From an uncultured Candidatus Binatia bacterium (GTDB taxonomy: Bacteria > Desulfobacterota > Binatia > Bin18), in contig OZ243961.1 in NCBI GenBank assembly GCA_965214605.1, positions 960,001-1,024,000 on the forward strand: a stretch of 64,000 nt of DNA, given 5' to 3'. How positions within the stretch are numbered: the stretch's first letter is position 1; each line of letters opens with the position of its first letter. Positions 17,683 through 27,230 of the stretch are shown in pieces. The notes below the pieces were generated by a model. That model made no database searches, was not told where the DNA came from, and saw only the letters and a program-made list of their open reading frames with translations. A program made the position numbers and the translations under genes.

Positions 17683-19374
17683 CTACCCTTCCCCACCGTT
17701 CGCCCGTAACACCTGGCCCGGCAGCTGGCCACGCTCTTGGCCATTGGCCAGGATCGGCACGCCATTCACCAGGACCGCGTGGATGCCTTTGGCGTGTTGG
17801 ACAAAGCGGCCTTCCCCGCCCGGCAGATCTTCAAGAAGCTCTTTCTCACCCGCGCCAACCGTGAGCGGATTAAACATCACCAGGTCGGCCGCTTTCCCAC
17901 GGGCAATCGTTCCCCGCTCGTGCAGGCCAAAGAACTTCGCCGGCTCGGACGTGAGACGCTGCACCGCACGCTCCCAACTCATGGTCTGTCGCTCGCGCAC
18001 CCAGGTTCCCAACAAATAGGTCGGATAGCCGGTGTTACACAGCATATCGACGTGGGCCCCGGCGTCAGACAGGCCGATCATGACCCGCGAGTCGGTCACC
18101 ACCTCTTGCAGGAGCGGTGGATCACAATTCAGGGCGGCCATGGAAAAGCCGGTGCCGAGGTTGTCGGCTAAGGCGCAGTCAAAGAAGGTATCCAGCGGAT
18201 CTTTGCCGCCGGGCCGGCTCAACTCGGCGATCGTCTTGCCCAGCCAATCTCGGTGCTCGGGATTTTTGACTATACACACCTCAATCCGCTGCCACTGGCC
18301 GCTAAATGCTTTGGGGCTGCTGGTGTAGGCCTGACGAAAAGCCGCCCGAAAGGTCGGATCGGCATAAATCCGGGCCTGCTCTTCAGCCGGGCGGTTGAAC
18401 AGCTGGTGACAGATTTCGTACGGCCCTAAGATAAATGGATTGCGGAGATTGAACTGAATCTCGGTCGGCTGGCAGCTGGCCTGGGGAATCGCCCCACGCC
18501 GGATGAGGGCGGAGGTCTTGTCCAGCAGCTCGCGATGGGCGGTAGGCTGATCGTTGCGGGTCTGGACCGACAACCAGGTGACCGGACGCTGGCTTTCGGT
18601 CAGCAGAAAGTCGACCATATCCAACTGCTCTTGGGGAATGAGGGATGAACCCGCTCCGCCTAGATTGACCTCAATAGCCCCGTAGCCGAGGTCCCGCAGG
18701 ACGTGGGCGTAGCTGGCCAGCTCCTCACGACTGGCCAGGCGGCAGGCCAGAGGGCGGCCTCGATAGCCCACGTGCTGAGTGGCCAGGGTGGTAGAGAACC
18801 CGAGCGCGCCAGCCCGCATCCCCTCCCGGAGGAGCGCGCTGATTTGGACCGTTTCATCAAGGGTCGCCGCACGCCCCTGGGCGTGTTCCCCGATCACGTA
18901 GGATCGCAGCGGGGTCAGGGCCATCAGAAAGCCCATATTAATCCCAATCCCGCTTTGGGTTGGCACCCGCATGTATTCGGCAAAACTCTCCCAGCCCCAG
19001 CCAACGCCTTTGGCCAGGACATCGTACGACATACCCTCAACATTGACTAAATCCCAGGCCAGAACCTCATGCTGCTGTGGGCGACAGGGGGCAAGGCCAA
19101 CGCCGCAGTTGCCCATCACGACACTAGTCACGCCGTGCCAGGCCGAACAGCTAATCCGGGGGTCCCAACAGATCTGGGCGTCGTAGTGGGTGTGGGGGTC
19201 AATAAAGCCGGGAGCAACCATCAGACCGTCGGCATCAATGGTCTGGTCTGCCCCGTCGAGATGTTCTCCAAGCTCAACAATCCGGCCGTCTGAGACGGCG
19301 ACGTCGGCCCGAAACTGTGGCGCGCCAGTGCCATCAATCACCGTGCCGTTTTGAATCACTAGATCGTATGTCAT
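17683..19374 (-). CDS. N-acyl-D-amino-acid deacylase family amidohydrolase
   Basis: DGTGAP, PGFIDPHTHYD, MGNCGVG, SDAGAHV. Confidence 0.9.
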   Translation of the reverse strand: MTYDLVIQNGTVIDGTGAPQFRADVAVSDGRIVELGEHLDGADQTIDADGLMVAPGFIDPHTHYDAQICWDPRISCSAWHGVTSVVMGNCGVGLAPCRPQQHEVLAWDLVNVEGMSYDVLAKGVGWGWESFAEYMRVPTQSGIGINMGFLMALTPLRSYVIGEHAQGRAATLDETVQISALLREGMRAGALGFSTTLATQHVGYRGRPLACRLASREELASYAHVLRDLGYGAIEVNLGGAGSSLIPQEQLDMVDFLLTESQRPVTWLSVQTRNDQPTAHRELLDKTSALIRRGAIPQASCQPTEIQFNLRNPFILGPYEICHQLFNRPAEEQARIYADPTFRAAFRQAYTSSPKAFSGQWQRIEVCIVKNPEHRDWLGKTIAELSRPGGKDPLDTFFDCALADNLGTGFSMAALNCDPPLLQEVVTDSRVMIGLSDAGAHVDMLCNTGYPTYLLGTWVRERQTMSWERAVQRLTSEPAKFFGLHERGTIARGKAADLVMFNPLTVGAGEKELLEDLPGGEGRFVQHAKGIHAVLVNGVPILANGQERGQLPGQVLRANGGEG

Positions 19375-19572
19375 GGCTGCCTCCGTGTCTTGTCAGCGTT
19401 TCATATGCAATAGAGAAGAACAGACCCTATTGTCAAGGAAAAGAACATCTCGGCCATGCAAGAAGCCCGCAGGCCGGACTCGGGGGCCGGCTTGGCTTTG
19501 TTGAGACCGGACCGCAGGATGTGCTATGGCAACGATCACATCAAGGGCCCACACACAGGAAAGGACACATCT

Positions 19573-20445
19573 ATGAGGTTTGGCATCCATTACTCGCTAG
19601 GCGTCGGTATGCGGCCAAACGCCGCCGATTATATCCGCATTGCCCAGAAGGCGGAAGCACTAGGCTATCACTCGGCCTGGCTTGGAGATCACATCGTTAT
19701 TCCGGAGAAAATCGAATCGGCCTACCCCTACACCCCGGACGGCTCGACTAGCTTTCCCCGTCGCTTGCCGTTTCCCGATCCGTTTGTGCTCTTAGCCGGC
19801 ATTGCCGCCAGCACCCGGACCATCCAGATCGGCACCAGCGTTATTGTCGTCCCCTACCGCAACCCGCTACACGTCGCCAAGGCTGTGGCTACCCTCGATA
19901 TGGTCGCCAACGGACGCTTTCAATTCGGCGTCGGAGTAGGCTGGCTGGCCGAAGAGTTTGCGGCCCTGGGGGAGCCGTTCTTCGATCGCGGCAGCCGGAC
20001 CCGCGAATATCTCGCGCTGATGAAAGCGGTCTGGAAAGACGGAGCAACGAGTTTCGAGGGCAAGTATTTCTCCTTTCCCGACCTGTACGCCCTACCGCTG
20101 CCCGTTCAAAAACCCCACCCGCCCATGATCTTTGGTGGTGAAAGCCTGCCAGCACTCAAGCGCGTGGCCGACCTTGGCGAGGGCTGGCAGCCCGGTCCAA
20201 TTCCGGTGGACATGCTACGAGAGCGGACCGACCGGCTCAAAGCCCTCATGGCCGAGCGCGGCAGAGATTTTTCTCAGCTCTCCTTCTCCATGCTGGGCGA
20301 CGGCCAAGACTTGAAGGATAATCCGGACAAGTTGGCCCGGCTGGAAGAGATCGGCGTGCAGGAAGTGGTCTTGTTTATGACCGATGCTGATACAGAGAAG
20401 ACGCTGACCAGGCTCGAAGACAACGCCCGAACCTTTCTAGCCTAG
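19573..20445 (+). CDS. LLM-class probable F420-dependent oxidoreductase (Rv2161c-like)
   Basis: GDHIVIPEKIESAYPY, GTSVIVVPYRNP, GVGVGWLAEEF. Confidence 0.9.
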   Translation: MRFGIHYSLGVGMRPNAADYIRIAQKAEALGYHSAWLGDHIVIPEKIESAYPYTPDGSTSFPRRLPFPDPFVLLAGIAASTRTIQIGTSVIVVPYRNPLHVAKAVATLDMVANGRFQFGVGVGWLAEEFAALGEPFFDRGSRTREYLALMKAVWKDGATSFEGKYFSFPDLYALPLPVQKPHPPMIFGGESLPALKRVADLGEGWQPGPIPVDMLRERTDRLKALMAERGRDFSQLSFSMLGDGQDLKDNPDKLARLEEIGVQEVVLFMTDADTEKTLTRLEDNARTFLA

Positions 20446-20470
20446 CTCGGGCGCTGTGTCGGCAGGCCGT

Positions 20471-21700
20471 CTACCACCTTTTCTGGCCGCGCGGCGCAAA
20501 GTGTCGAATCGCCCCGTTGGCAATCCGCGCCGCGCGGGAAGCCTGAGGTTGGGTAAACTGGCGCACGGTCAGAGCGCCCGGCTCAAAGCCACGCACCATT
20601 TTACGCGGAATCTCGGCGCCGAGGCCGCGCTCTATGGCTCGCACAAAGTTCAGCTCGTCCAAACAGGCCAGCGAAATCGCGTCACCGCTGGCGGTGGCAC
20701 GGGCGGTACGACCGATCCGATGGATGTAATCATCGGCGACCTGTGGCACATCGAAGTTGACGACGTGCGAGATACCCCGCACGTCCAAACCACGAGCTGC
20801 CACATCGGTGGCCACCAACACGTCAATCTGCCCGGTCCGAAAGCTGGTGAGCGCACGCGTCCGGAGTCGCTGGCTTTTGTCACCGTGCAGGGCTTCTACC
20901 CGGCGTCCGGTCTGGCTCAGCCGGCGAGCCAGCCAGTCGGCCCGGCTTTTCGTCCGAGTAAAGACGAGCACCTGCCGCATCCGTCCTCGCCGGAGCAAAT
21001 AGTGGAGCAGGGCGATCTTCTGTTCGGCTTCGACCAAATACAACACTTGGCGTACAGTCGGAACCGGCATAGCTCTGGGACCGACATCAATCACGACCGG
21101 AGACTGCATGACTTCGTAGGCCAGGCGTTCGATCTCGACGGGCATGGTGGCTGAGAACAGCAGCGTCTGGCGATCGGTCGGTAGGGCGTTGAGGATGCGG
21201 CGCACATCGGGCAAAAACCCCATATCGAGCATACGGTCGGCCTCGTCGAGCACCACCGAGGTGAGGGCATGAAGGGTCAGGTTCCCCCGCTGCATATGGT
21301 CGAGCAGCCGACCTGGGGTAGCAATCAAGAGATCGACGCCCCGTTCTAGCTGTTCGATCTGTGGTCCGAGCCCCACTCCACCGAACACCACCGCCGAACG
21401 AGTCTGGAGATATTTTCCATATGTCAGGGCACTCTTCCCGAGCTGAGCGGCCAGCTCACGGGTCGGGCTGAGGACCAGTGCTCGCAGCCGAGGGCCTTTG
21501 GTGTGGGCGAGTTCGTGTAGAATGGGCAGCAAAAACCCGGCGGTTTTTCCAGTCCCGGTTTGGGCACACGCCAACAAATCTTTGCCGTCCATAACAACCG
21601 GGATGGCCTGACTCTGGACCGGCGTTGGGACTGTGTAGCGGGCGTCATCAAGAGCGCGAAGTAATTCAGATCTGAGTCCGAGTTCGGGAAATGTCGTCAA
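20471..21700 (-). CDS. DEAD-box RNA helicase (RhlE-like)
   Basis: Q motif, AQTGTGKT, PTRELA, DEAD, SAT, HRIGRTAR; TTG start with AAGGAG RBS. Confidence 0.93.
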   Translation of the reverse strand: MTTFPELGLRSELLRALDDARYTVPTPVQSQAIPVVMDGKDLLACAQTGTGKTAGFLLPILHELAHTKGPRLRALVLSPTRELAAQLGKSALTYGKYLQTRSAVVFGGVGLGPQIEQLERGVDLLIATPGRLLDHMQRGNLTLHALTSVVLDEADRMLDMGFLPDVRRILNALPTDRQTLLFSATMPVEIERLAYEVMQSPVVIDVGPRAMPVPTVRQVLYLVEAEQKIALLHYLLRRGRMRQVLVFTRTKSRADWLARRLSQTGRRVEALHGDKSQRLRTRALTSFRTGQIDVLVATDVAARGLDVRGISHVVNFDVPQVADDYIHRIGRTARATASGDAISLACLDELNFVRAIERGLGAEIPRKMVRGFEPGALTVRQFTQPQASRAARIANGAIRHFAPRGQKRW

Positions 21701-21822
21701 ACACGTCTCTCCTTATTGGACCTATCTTATCTGACTAACCGAGCAGATGCCAGTCATGCGGACCTTGACCGAATAAGTCAGAGACAGGCATATTGTCCGT
21801 GTTCTTCTACAGGAGGAGAGGC

Positions 21823-23013
21823 GTGTACCAAGATTATAAATTTATTGACAGCGATGCACACATCCTTGAACCGGCCGACCTGTTTGAGAAGTATCTTGAA
21901 GTCCCGTTTCGTGCCGAAATGCCACGGGCGTGGGTTGATTATCGGGGCGAACCGCTCGGCTTCGGCATTTCGGTGACCATCCCCGCGGCCCACAGTGACC
22001 ACGACTATGTTATGCCGTTCGGCCGAGACCCGATGCCCGACGGCGAGCCGACCCTGGGCGACGCGGGCACCCGTATTGCCATGCCCGAACACAATGATGC
22101 CTACGCCGGCTTTGCCCGCAAAGGCTTTCCACCCGACCTGTATAAGCTGGTCCTGGAGCGCACTGGCATCGACTATATGGTCGTCTATCCCACCGTCGGC
22201 CTGTACGTGACCGCGGTCCCCCGGCTCAAAGCGGAAACCGCCGCCGCCTATCGTCGGGCCTACAATAACTGGCTGCACGATTTTTGTACCGATGCCGGCG
22301 ACCGGGTCGTTGGTGCGGCATCTATTGATCTGCGCGATCCCGACGAAGCGATTCGAGAGGTTCGTCGGTGTGTCAAAGACTTCGGTTTCAAAGCGGTGCA
22401 CATCAATCCGACCCCGGTTGGCGAACACCGGATGTACGATGCCGTGTACGATCCGCTGTGGAGCACGCTGGAAGATCTTGACGTCCCGCTGGCCATCCAT
22501 GTCGGAGCGGGCAATGCGGCCGACGAGATGCTCTACTACTACCTGCCTCGCCTGCGCTCCATCCAGGGCACCATGGCCTTCACTATGGGCAATATGATTG
22601 CCAGTGCGGCGCTCATTATGGGCGGGGTGCTCGAACGCCATCCAAAACTGCGCGTGGTCCACCTGGAATCTGGGGCGGGCTGGGCGGCGTTTTGGATCGA
22701 CCGCATGGATGCTGGCGTCCAGGGCGGTTTCCGCGACCTTGAGAATCCGGGCCTCAAGCTGCACCCTATCGATTACTTCCAGCGCCAGTGCTACATCGCG
22801 GCCGATCAGGATGACCCCGGGATCAAACAGGTCATTGCGGTAATGGGCGATGACAACATTGTGACCGCAACCGACTTCGGCCATCCCGAAGGGCGAAAAT
22901 ATGCCGGTGCGGCCCAAGAGCTGCTCGGCCTGCCAGGTGTTTCCCCAGACAGTAAACGCAAGATTATGTGGGATAACGCTCTGCGGCTGTACCCACTCGG
23001 GACCACCGCTTAG
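21823..23013 (+). CDS. amidohydrolase-2 family protein
   Basis: IDSDAHILEP, YNNW, LESGAGW, ATDFGHPE; GTG start after AGGAGG. Confidence 0.9.
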   Translation: MYQDYKFIDSDAHILEPADLFEKYLEVPFRAEMPRAWVDYRGEPLGFGISVTIPAAHSDHDYVMPFGRDPMPDGEPTLGDAGTRIAMPEHNDAYAGFARKGFPPDLYKLVLERTGIDYMVVYPTVGLYVTAVPRLKAETAAAYRRAYNNWLHDFCTDAGDRVVGAASIDLRDPDEAIREVRRCVKDFGFKAVHINPTPVGEHRMYDAVYDPLWSTLEDLDVPLAIHVGAGNAADEMLYYYLPRLRSIQGTMAFTMGNMIASAALIMGGVLERHPKLRVVHLESGAGWAAFWIDRMDAGVQGGFRDLENPGLKLHPIDYFQRQCYIAADQDDPGIKQVIAVMGDDNIVTATDFGHPEGRKYAGAAQELLGLPGVSPDSKRKIMWDNALRLYPLGTTA

Positions 23014-23180
23014 TCAACAATGTCGAACGAGAAAAAGGCCAACGCCACAACGTTCGGGACGTCAGCCAGAGCGCGGATCTGGCTGCCGCCCGCGGCAACC
23101 GAAATCGCGTCAGCCGGTCAGCAGCACCATTCCGCTACGCCGCCCGCGGCCAATTCGATTTCACAGCTGTTCAGGTGATC

Positions 23181-23502
23181 TCACAGTCCAAGGGTGAAGC
23201 CGAACGGCCGCGGCTCAATCTTCTTGGAGTGCCACCTCAAGAAAATCACCAGGCCCCGCTCATAGAGACCGGTCCGGTCAGCGGATGGACTAGATCCAGA
23301 TTGCTCTTCCCCACATCTCCAGCCTGGAAGTCGGCCTGCGGCTAGTCGCCAAACGCGTCCCGGGTTCCCAGACCGGCCGCCTTGGCCGATTTCAACGGCA
23401 GACGCCACCAGTGGGAATTCCTAGCGGTTACGGCCGGTGGGGGGTGATTGGCGGGCGGTTGGTTCGGCCAGGCGCAAGATAGACAGTGGCCGTTGAGACC
23501 AG
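23181..23502 (-). pseudogene. eroded acetamidase/formamidase (FmdA family) 5' fragment
   Basis: Frameshifted segments PTGRNR*, LGTRDAFGD*, NLDLVHPLTGPVSMSGA, PGDFLEVALQE, IEPRPFGFT match GHNRW..ETRDA..VHPLTGPV.VEGAEPGD.LEV....IEP..FGFT. Confidence 0.7.
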
Positions 23503-23618
23503 ACGCGCTCTCCTTATCGTTCTCTTGCCACCCACTTTGACGGCTCGTGGTAGACCGTTGTCGCTTGCTCTTCTGACTCCAATTGATATATCCAGCCCAT
23601 ACGCTGGCAGGAGGAAAT

Positions 23619-24845
23619 ATGAAGCCGTTGCAAGATCTGCTTGTCCTTGATCTGACCCGTTTCTTAGCCGGTCCGTACTGCACCTTGCTGCTGGGCGGCT
23701 TAGGTGCCGAGGTCATCAAAATCGAACCCCCAGGTAAAGGCGAAGGCCACCGCGACCGCCCCCCCTACGCTGGCCCCCAAGGCGCCAGTCTCACCAAGCA
23801 GACCGACGACGACATCGGCCTGATGGTTCTGCATCGGGCCCGCAATAAGAAAAGCGTGACGCTCAACCTGCGCTTGCCCCAAGGTATTGAGTTGTTCAAA
23901 CAGCTGTGCACCAAAGCTGATATCGTGGTCGAGAATTATTCGCCTGGCACCCTGGATAAGATGGGGCTGGGCTTTCCCGTCCTGCAGGAGATCAACCCGC
24001 GCCTCATTCTGTGCTCCATCTCGGGCTTTGGCCAGACCGGGCCGTACAGTGAATGGCGGGCCTACGATCCGATTATTCAGGCCATGGGTGGGATTAACAG
24101 CGTCACCGGCTTCCCCGACCGCCAACCGGTCCGCTGCGGGGCAGCCATCAGCGACACCACGGCCCCGCTGTTCGGGGTCATCGGCATTCTGTCCGCCCTC
24201 CAGCTGCGTGACAAAACCGGCAAAGGCGACTGGGTCGATATCTCAATGCAAGACGGGACCTTCTTTTTTCTGCCCGAGCTCGTCGAATACTTAAACGCTG
24301 GAGAAATTCCGGTTCGGCGCGGGAACGCGCATATCGGCGGAGCACCGTTTAATGTCTACGACGCCTTGGATGGCCACGTCTCGGTATGCGCCGTCACCTC
24401 CCGTGGCTGGGAAAATTGTCTGCGGGCGATTGGCCGGGAAGATCTCAAGGACGACCCGCGGTATGCCTACCTGTCGAACCGGGTCAAAAACCGCAAAGAC
24501 GTTGACCAACTCATGCAGGACTGGATGGCCCGACGCACGGTTGCCGAGGCGGTTGAGATCTTACAGGCACATGAGGTGCCCTCCAGCCCGGTCCTGAATC
24601 CCCAGCAGCTGTTAGAAGACGAACATCTGGTGGCCCGAAACATGGTCGTGCCCCTGTCTCATCCGACCCACGGCCCGATGCCGGACGTGAAAGGTTTTGG
24701 CATGCCAATCAAGTTTGTCCAAAATCCAGTTCAGTTCGATCAGCCGGCACCGGAGCTAGGCGCGCATAATGCAGAAGTGTACAGTCAAGTTTTAGGTCTG
24801 GCCGACGATCGGCTCCGGGCGCTGAAAGACCAAGGAGTGATTTGA
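23619..24845 (+). CDS. CaiB/BaiF family III CoA-transferase
   Basis: VLDLTRFLAGP, GAEVIKIEPP, RNKKS, SGFGQTGP, APELGAHN. Confidence 0.93.
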   Translation: MKPLQDLLVLDLTRFLAGPYCTLLLGGLGAEVIKIEPPGKGEGHRDRPPYAGPQGASLTKQTDDDIGLMVLHRARNKKSVTLNLRLPQGIELFKQLCTKADIVVENYSPGTLDKMGLGFPVLQEINPRLILCSISGFGQTGPYSEWRAYDPIIQAMGGINSVTGFPDRQPVRCGAAISDTTAPLFGVIGILSALQLRDKTGKGDWVDISMQDGTFFFLPELVEYLNAGEIPVRRGNAHIGGAPFNVYDALDGHVSVCAVTSRGWENCLRAIGREDLKDDPRYAYLSNRVKNRKDVDQLMQDWMARRTVAEAVEILQAHEVPSSPVLNPQQLLEDEHLVARNMVVPLSHPTHGPMPDVKGFGMPIKFVQNPVQFDQPAPELGAHNAEVYSQVLGLADDRLRALKDQGVI

Positions 24846-24860
24846 GGAAGGAGTATCACA

Positions 24861-25199
24861 ATGGGCTTGTTCCGACTCTACACTGGCGCTGACGGCCAGT
24901 CGCATTTTGAAGATCAGAGCCTAGCTTCGCACCCGGAGCTGACGAACGCGCAGAGCGCCTCTCGCATCTTTTTTGCCGAGATGGCCCCAGGCAGGTTTAT
25001 CGACTGGCACCCGGCTCCACGCCGCCAGTATGTGATTATTCTGTCCGGCGAGTTAGAGATAGGGCTGGGCGACGGCACCACGCGTCGCTTCGGTCCGGGC
25101 GATGCGCGCCTAGTTGAGGATACGACCGGGCAAGGCCACACAACACGCGCGGTGAGTGATGAGCCAGTAGTCACCGCGGTCGTGCCCCTGAATGATTAA
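24861..25199 (+). CDS. cupin-fold protein
   Basis: YTGADGQSHF, WHPAPRRQY, EDTTGQGH. Confidence 0.8.
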   Translation: MGLFRLYTGADGQSHFEDQSLASHPELTNAQSASRIFFAEMAPGRFIDWHPAPRRQYVIILSGELEIGLGDGTTRRFGPGDARLVEDTTGQGHTTRAVSDEPVVTAVVPLND

Positions 25200-25207
25200 G
25201 CCATCGA

Positions 25208-26167
25208 ATGGCTTCGATTCCCACACTGACCGACATTCGCGCTGCCGCCCACCGCATCCGCCCCCATATCCACCGGACACCGATTCTGAGCTGCGCCGGC
25301 ATCAATCGTATTGTTGGTGCCCAGCTGTTCTTTAAATGCGAGAATTTCCAGAAAATAGGGGCGTTTAAGATTCGCGGGGCGACCAACGCGGTTTTGTCCC
25401 TCGGCGCCCAAGACGCCGCTGCCGGAGTCGCCACGCACTCCTCCGGCAACCACGCGGCTGCCCTAGCCCTAGCCGCTCAACTGCGGAGGGTGAAAGCCTA
25501 TGTGGTGATGCCGGCCACTGCCCCACAGGTCAAAAAGGACGCGGTGGCCGCCTATGGGGCGCAGATCACGCTTTGTGCGCCAACCCTTGAAGCCCGGCAA
25601 GCCCGGCTGGACCAAATCGTGGCCGCAACCGGAGCGGCTTTTATTCCGCCGTATAACGATGAGCACATCATCGCCGGACAGGCCACTGTTGCCCTGGAAC
25701 TGATCGAAGATATCTCCGACCTAGACCTGATCATGACCCCGATCGGAGGGGGCGGCTTGACCAGCGGAACAGCGCTGGTCGTCCGTGCCCTATGCCCACG
25801 CACCCGCGTGATAGCCGCTGAGCCCAAGGGCGCGGATGACGCCTATCGGTCCTTCCGGGCCGGCTACATCATTCCGTCGGTCAATCCCCAAACGATTGCC
25901 GACGGGTTGTTGACCTCGCTGGGCGACAAGACCTTCGCCATCATTCGAGACTCCGTAGATGACATTGTGACAGTCGGGGAAGCGGACATCATCGAGGCCA
26001 TGCGGCTGATCTGGGAACGGATGAAAATTATTGTCGAGCCGTCGGCCGCCGTCCCCCTCGGTGCGCTGCTGGGTCGGTCGGTTGACGTGAAGGGGAAGCG
26101 GGTAGCGATCATAGTGTCAGGCGGCAATGTCGATCTTACTCGCCTCCCCTTCTCACCGGCAGCCTGA
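25208..26167 (+). CDS. PLP-dependent serine racemase / Ser-Thr dehydratase family
   Basis: KCENFQKIGAFKIRGA (PLP Lys), HSSGNH, PIGGGGL, SGGNVD. Confidence 0.92.
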   Translation: MASIPTLTDIRAAAHRIRPHIHRTPILSCAGINRIVGAQLFFKCENFQKIGAFKIRGATNAVLSLGAQDAAAGVATHSSGNHAAALALAAQLRRVKAYVVMPATAPQVKKDAVAAYGAQITLCAPTLEARQARLDQIVAATGAAFIPPYNDEHIIAGQATVALELIEDISDLDLIMTPIGGGGLTSGTALVVRALCPRTRVIAAEPKGADDAYRSFRAGYIIPSVNPQTIADGLLTSLGDKTFAIIRDSVDDIVTVGEADIIEAMRLIWERMKIIVEPSAAVPLGALLGRSVDVKGKRVAIIVSGGNVDLTRLPFSPAA

Positions 26168-26323
26168 CTGGAACATTGGCTGCCGATTGGCTATACTGCC
26201 GGTCCGGCTCCAGGGTCGGGCCGGAGAGACTTTGCCCTCGCCGTCACGGCGAGGGGTGGAAGAGAGAGGTGGGGGATGGGAAGGAAAGTCTTGACTCGTC
26301 CGGGCCGGATCGCGGAAGGACGG

Positions 26324-26767
26324 ATGGCCCGGCGCTTACAGCCGCTCGGCCGCTTCAGCCTCGTCGTTCTGCTGGCGGTGTTGTGCTCAACCGGCTGCGC
26401 CCATTATGTCGAGCGCCAGATGGTCGTCACAGCCTATTCGTCCGATAAGATCAGCACCAATTGGCGACGTGGGCGGATCTTGTTCTGGCGCGCCTATGTC
26501 GCTAGCGGTCCCAATAAGGGCAAGCGCAAATACGTGGGCGTCACCTCAAGCGGCACCAAAGCTCGCAAAGGGACAATTGCCGCCGATACCCGCTACTATC
26601 CCTACGGCACGGTGATGAAGGTCCCCGGTTATGGAAAAGGCGTGGTCGAAGATATCGGCAGCGCGATAAAAGGTCCGAACCGCATTGACGTGTATTTTTC
26701 GACCCGCAAAAAGGCACTCAAATGGGGACGCCAAAGACTGACTGTGAGTGTGTTGCAGGAGGACTGA
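26324..26767 (+). CDS. 3D-domain lipoprotein (peptidoglycan lytic family)
   Basis: Lipobox STGC; VTAY, IAAD..YPYGT, EDIGSAIKGPNRIDVYF; ATG 26276 alternative start. Confidence 0.85.
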   Translation: MARRLQPLGRFSLVVLLAVLCSTGCAHYVERQMVVTAYSSDKISTNWRRGRILFWRAYVASGPNKGKRKYVGVTSSGTKARKGTIAADTRYYPYGTVMKVPGYGKGVVEDIGSAIKGPNRIDVYFSTRKKALKWGRQRLTVSVLQED

Positions 26768-26806
26768 GGGGGCCGGGTCCGGCCAACCTGTCCCTCGCAA
26801 AGGGAT

Positions 26807-27079
26807 TCAGTCGCCCAACTCCGCCCGTATTTTCTCCATGTACGGTTTCACATAGGTGTCCATATACGGCTGCCCGTAGGCCAGGAGGACAAACGCGAAC
26901 ACCGCAGACAGGGCAGTGAGGACTATCGCCCTCAGGATGAACCCGAGCTTCCCCCTTGGGCGGTCACGATATGTCGCACGCCGAAGGACGCGGCCCGTCC
27001 TTTTCTTCCTCCATGGTGAATCGTCAGCCAGGTGCGGGTCGGGCTTGCTGACCAGCGGGGTGTCTTTCCACGTTGGCAT
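26807..27079 (-). CDS. small single-pass membrane protein, unknown function
   Basis: AGGAAGGA RBS, basic N-terminus then one hydrophobic helix. Confidence 0.6.
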   Translation of the reverse strand: MPTWKDTPLVSKPDPHLADDSPWRKKRTGRVLRRATYRDRPRGKLGFILRAIVLTALSAVFAFVLLAYGQPYMDTYVKPYMEKIRAELGD

Positions 27080-27097
27080 AGTCCTTCCTATGGCGGT

Positions 27098-27200
27098 TCA
27101 ACAGGCGCGGGGCGCTCGCGGGCGCTCTTGAGAGAGATCGAACATGAAGTGCTGGCTTGGGGCGTCCCTCCAGCATCAACAGGCGCGGGGCGCTCGCGGG
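27098..27200 (+). repeat. perfect 25-bp direct repeat TCAACAGGCGCGGGGCGCTCGCGGG x2
   Basis: Copies at 27098-27122 and 27176-27200, 53 bp apart. Confidence 0.9.
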
Positions 27201-27230
27201 GGAGAGAGGCCCGCGCCTCGCGGGGGCGGC

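Noticed and set aside
27098-27200. Mini CRISPR array
   Set aside because: Only two repeats, 53-bp spacer, no cas genes or AT-rich leader
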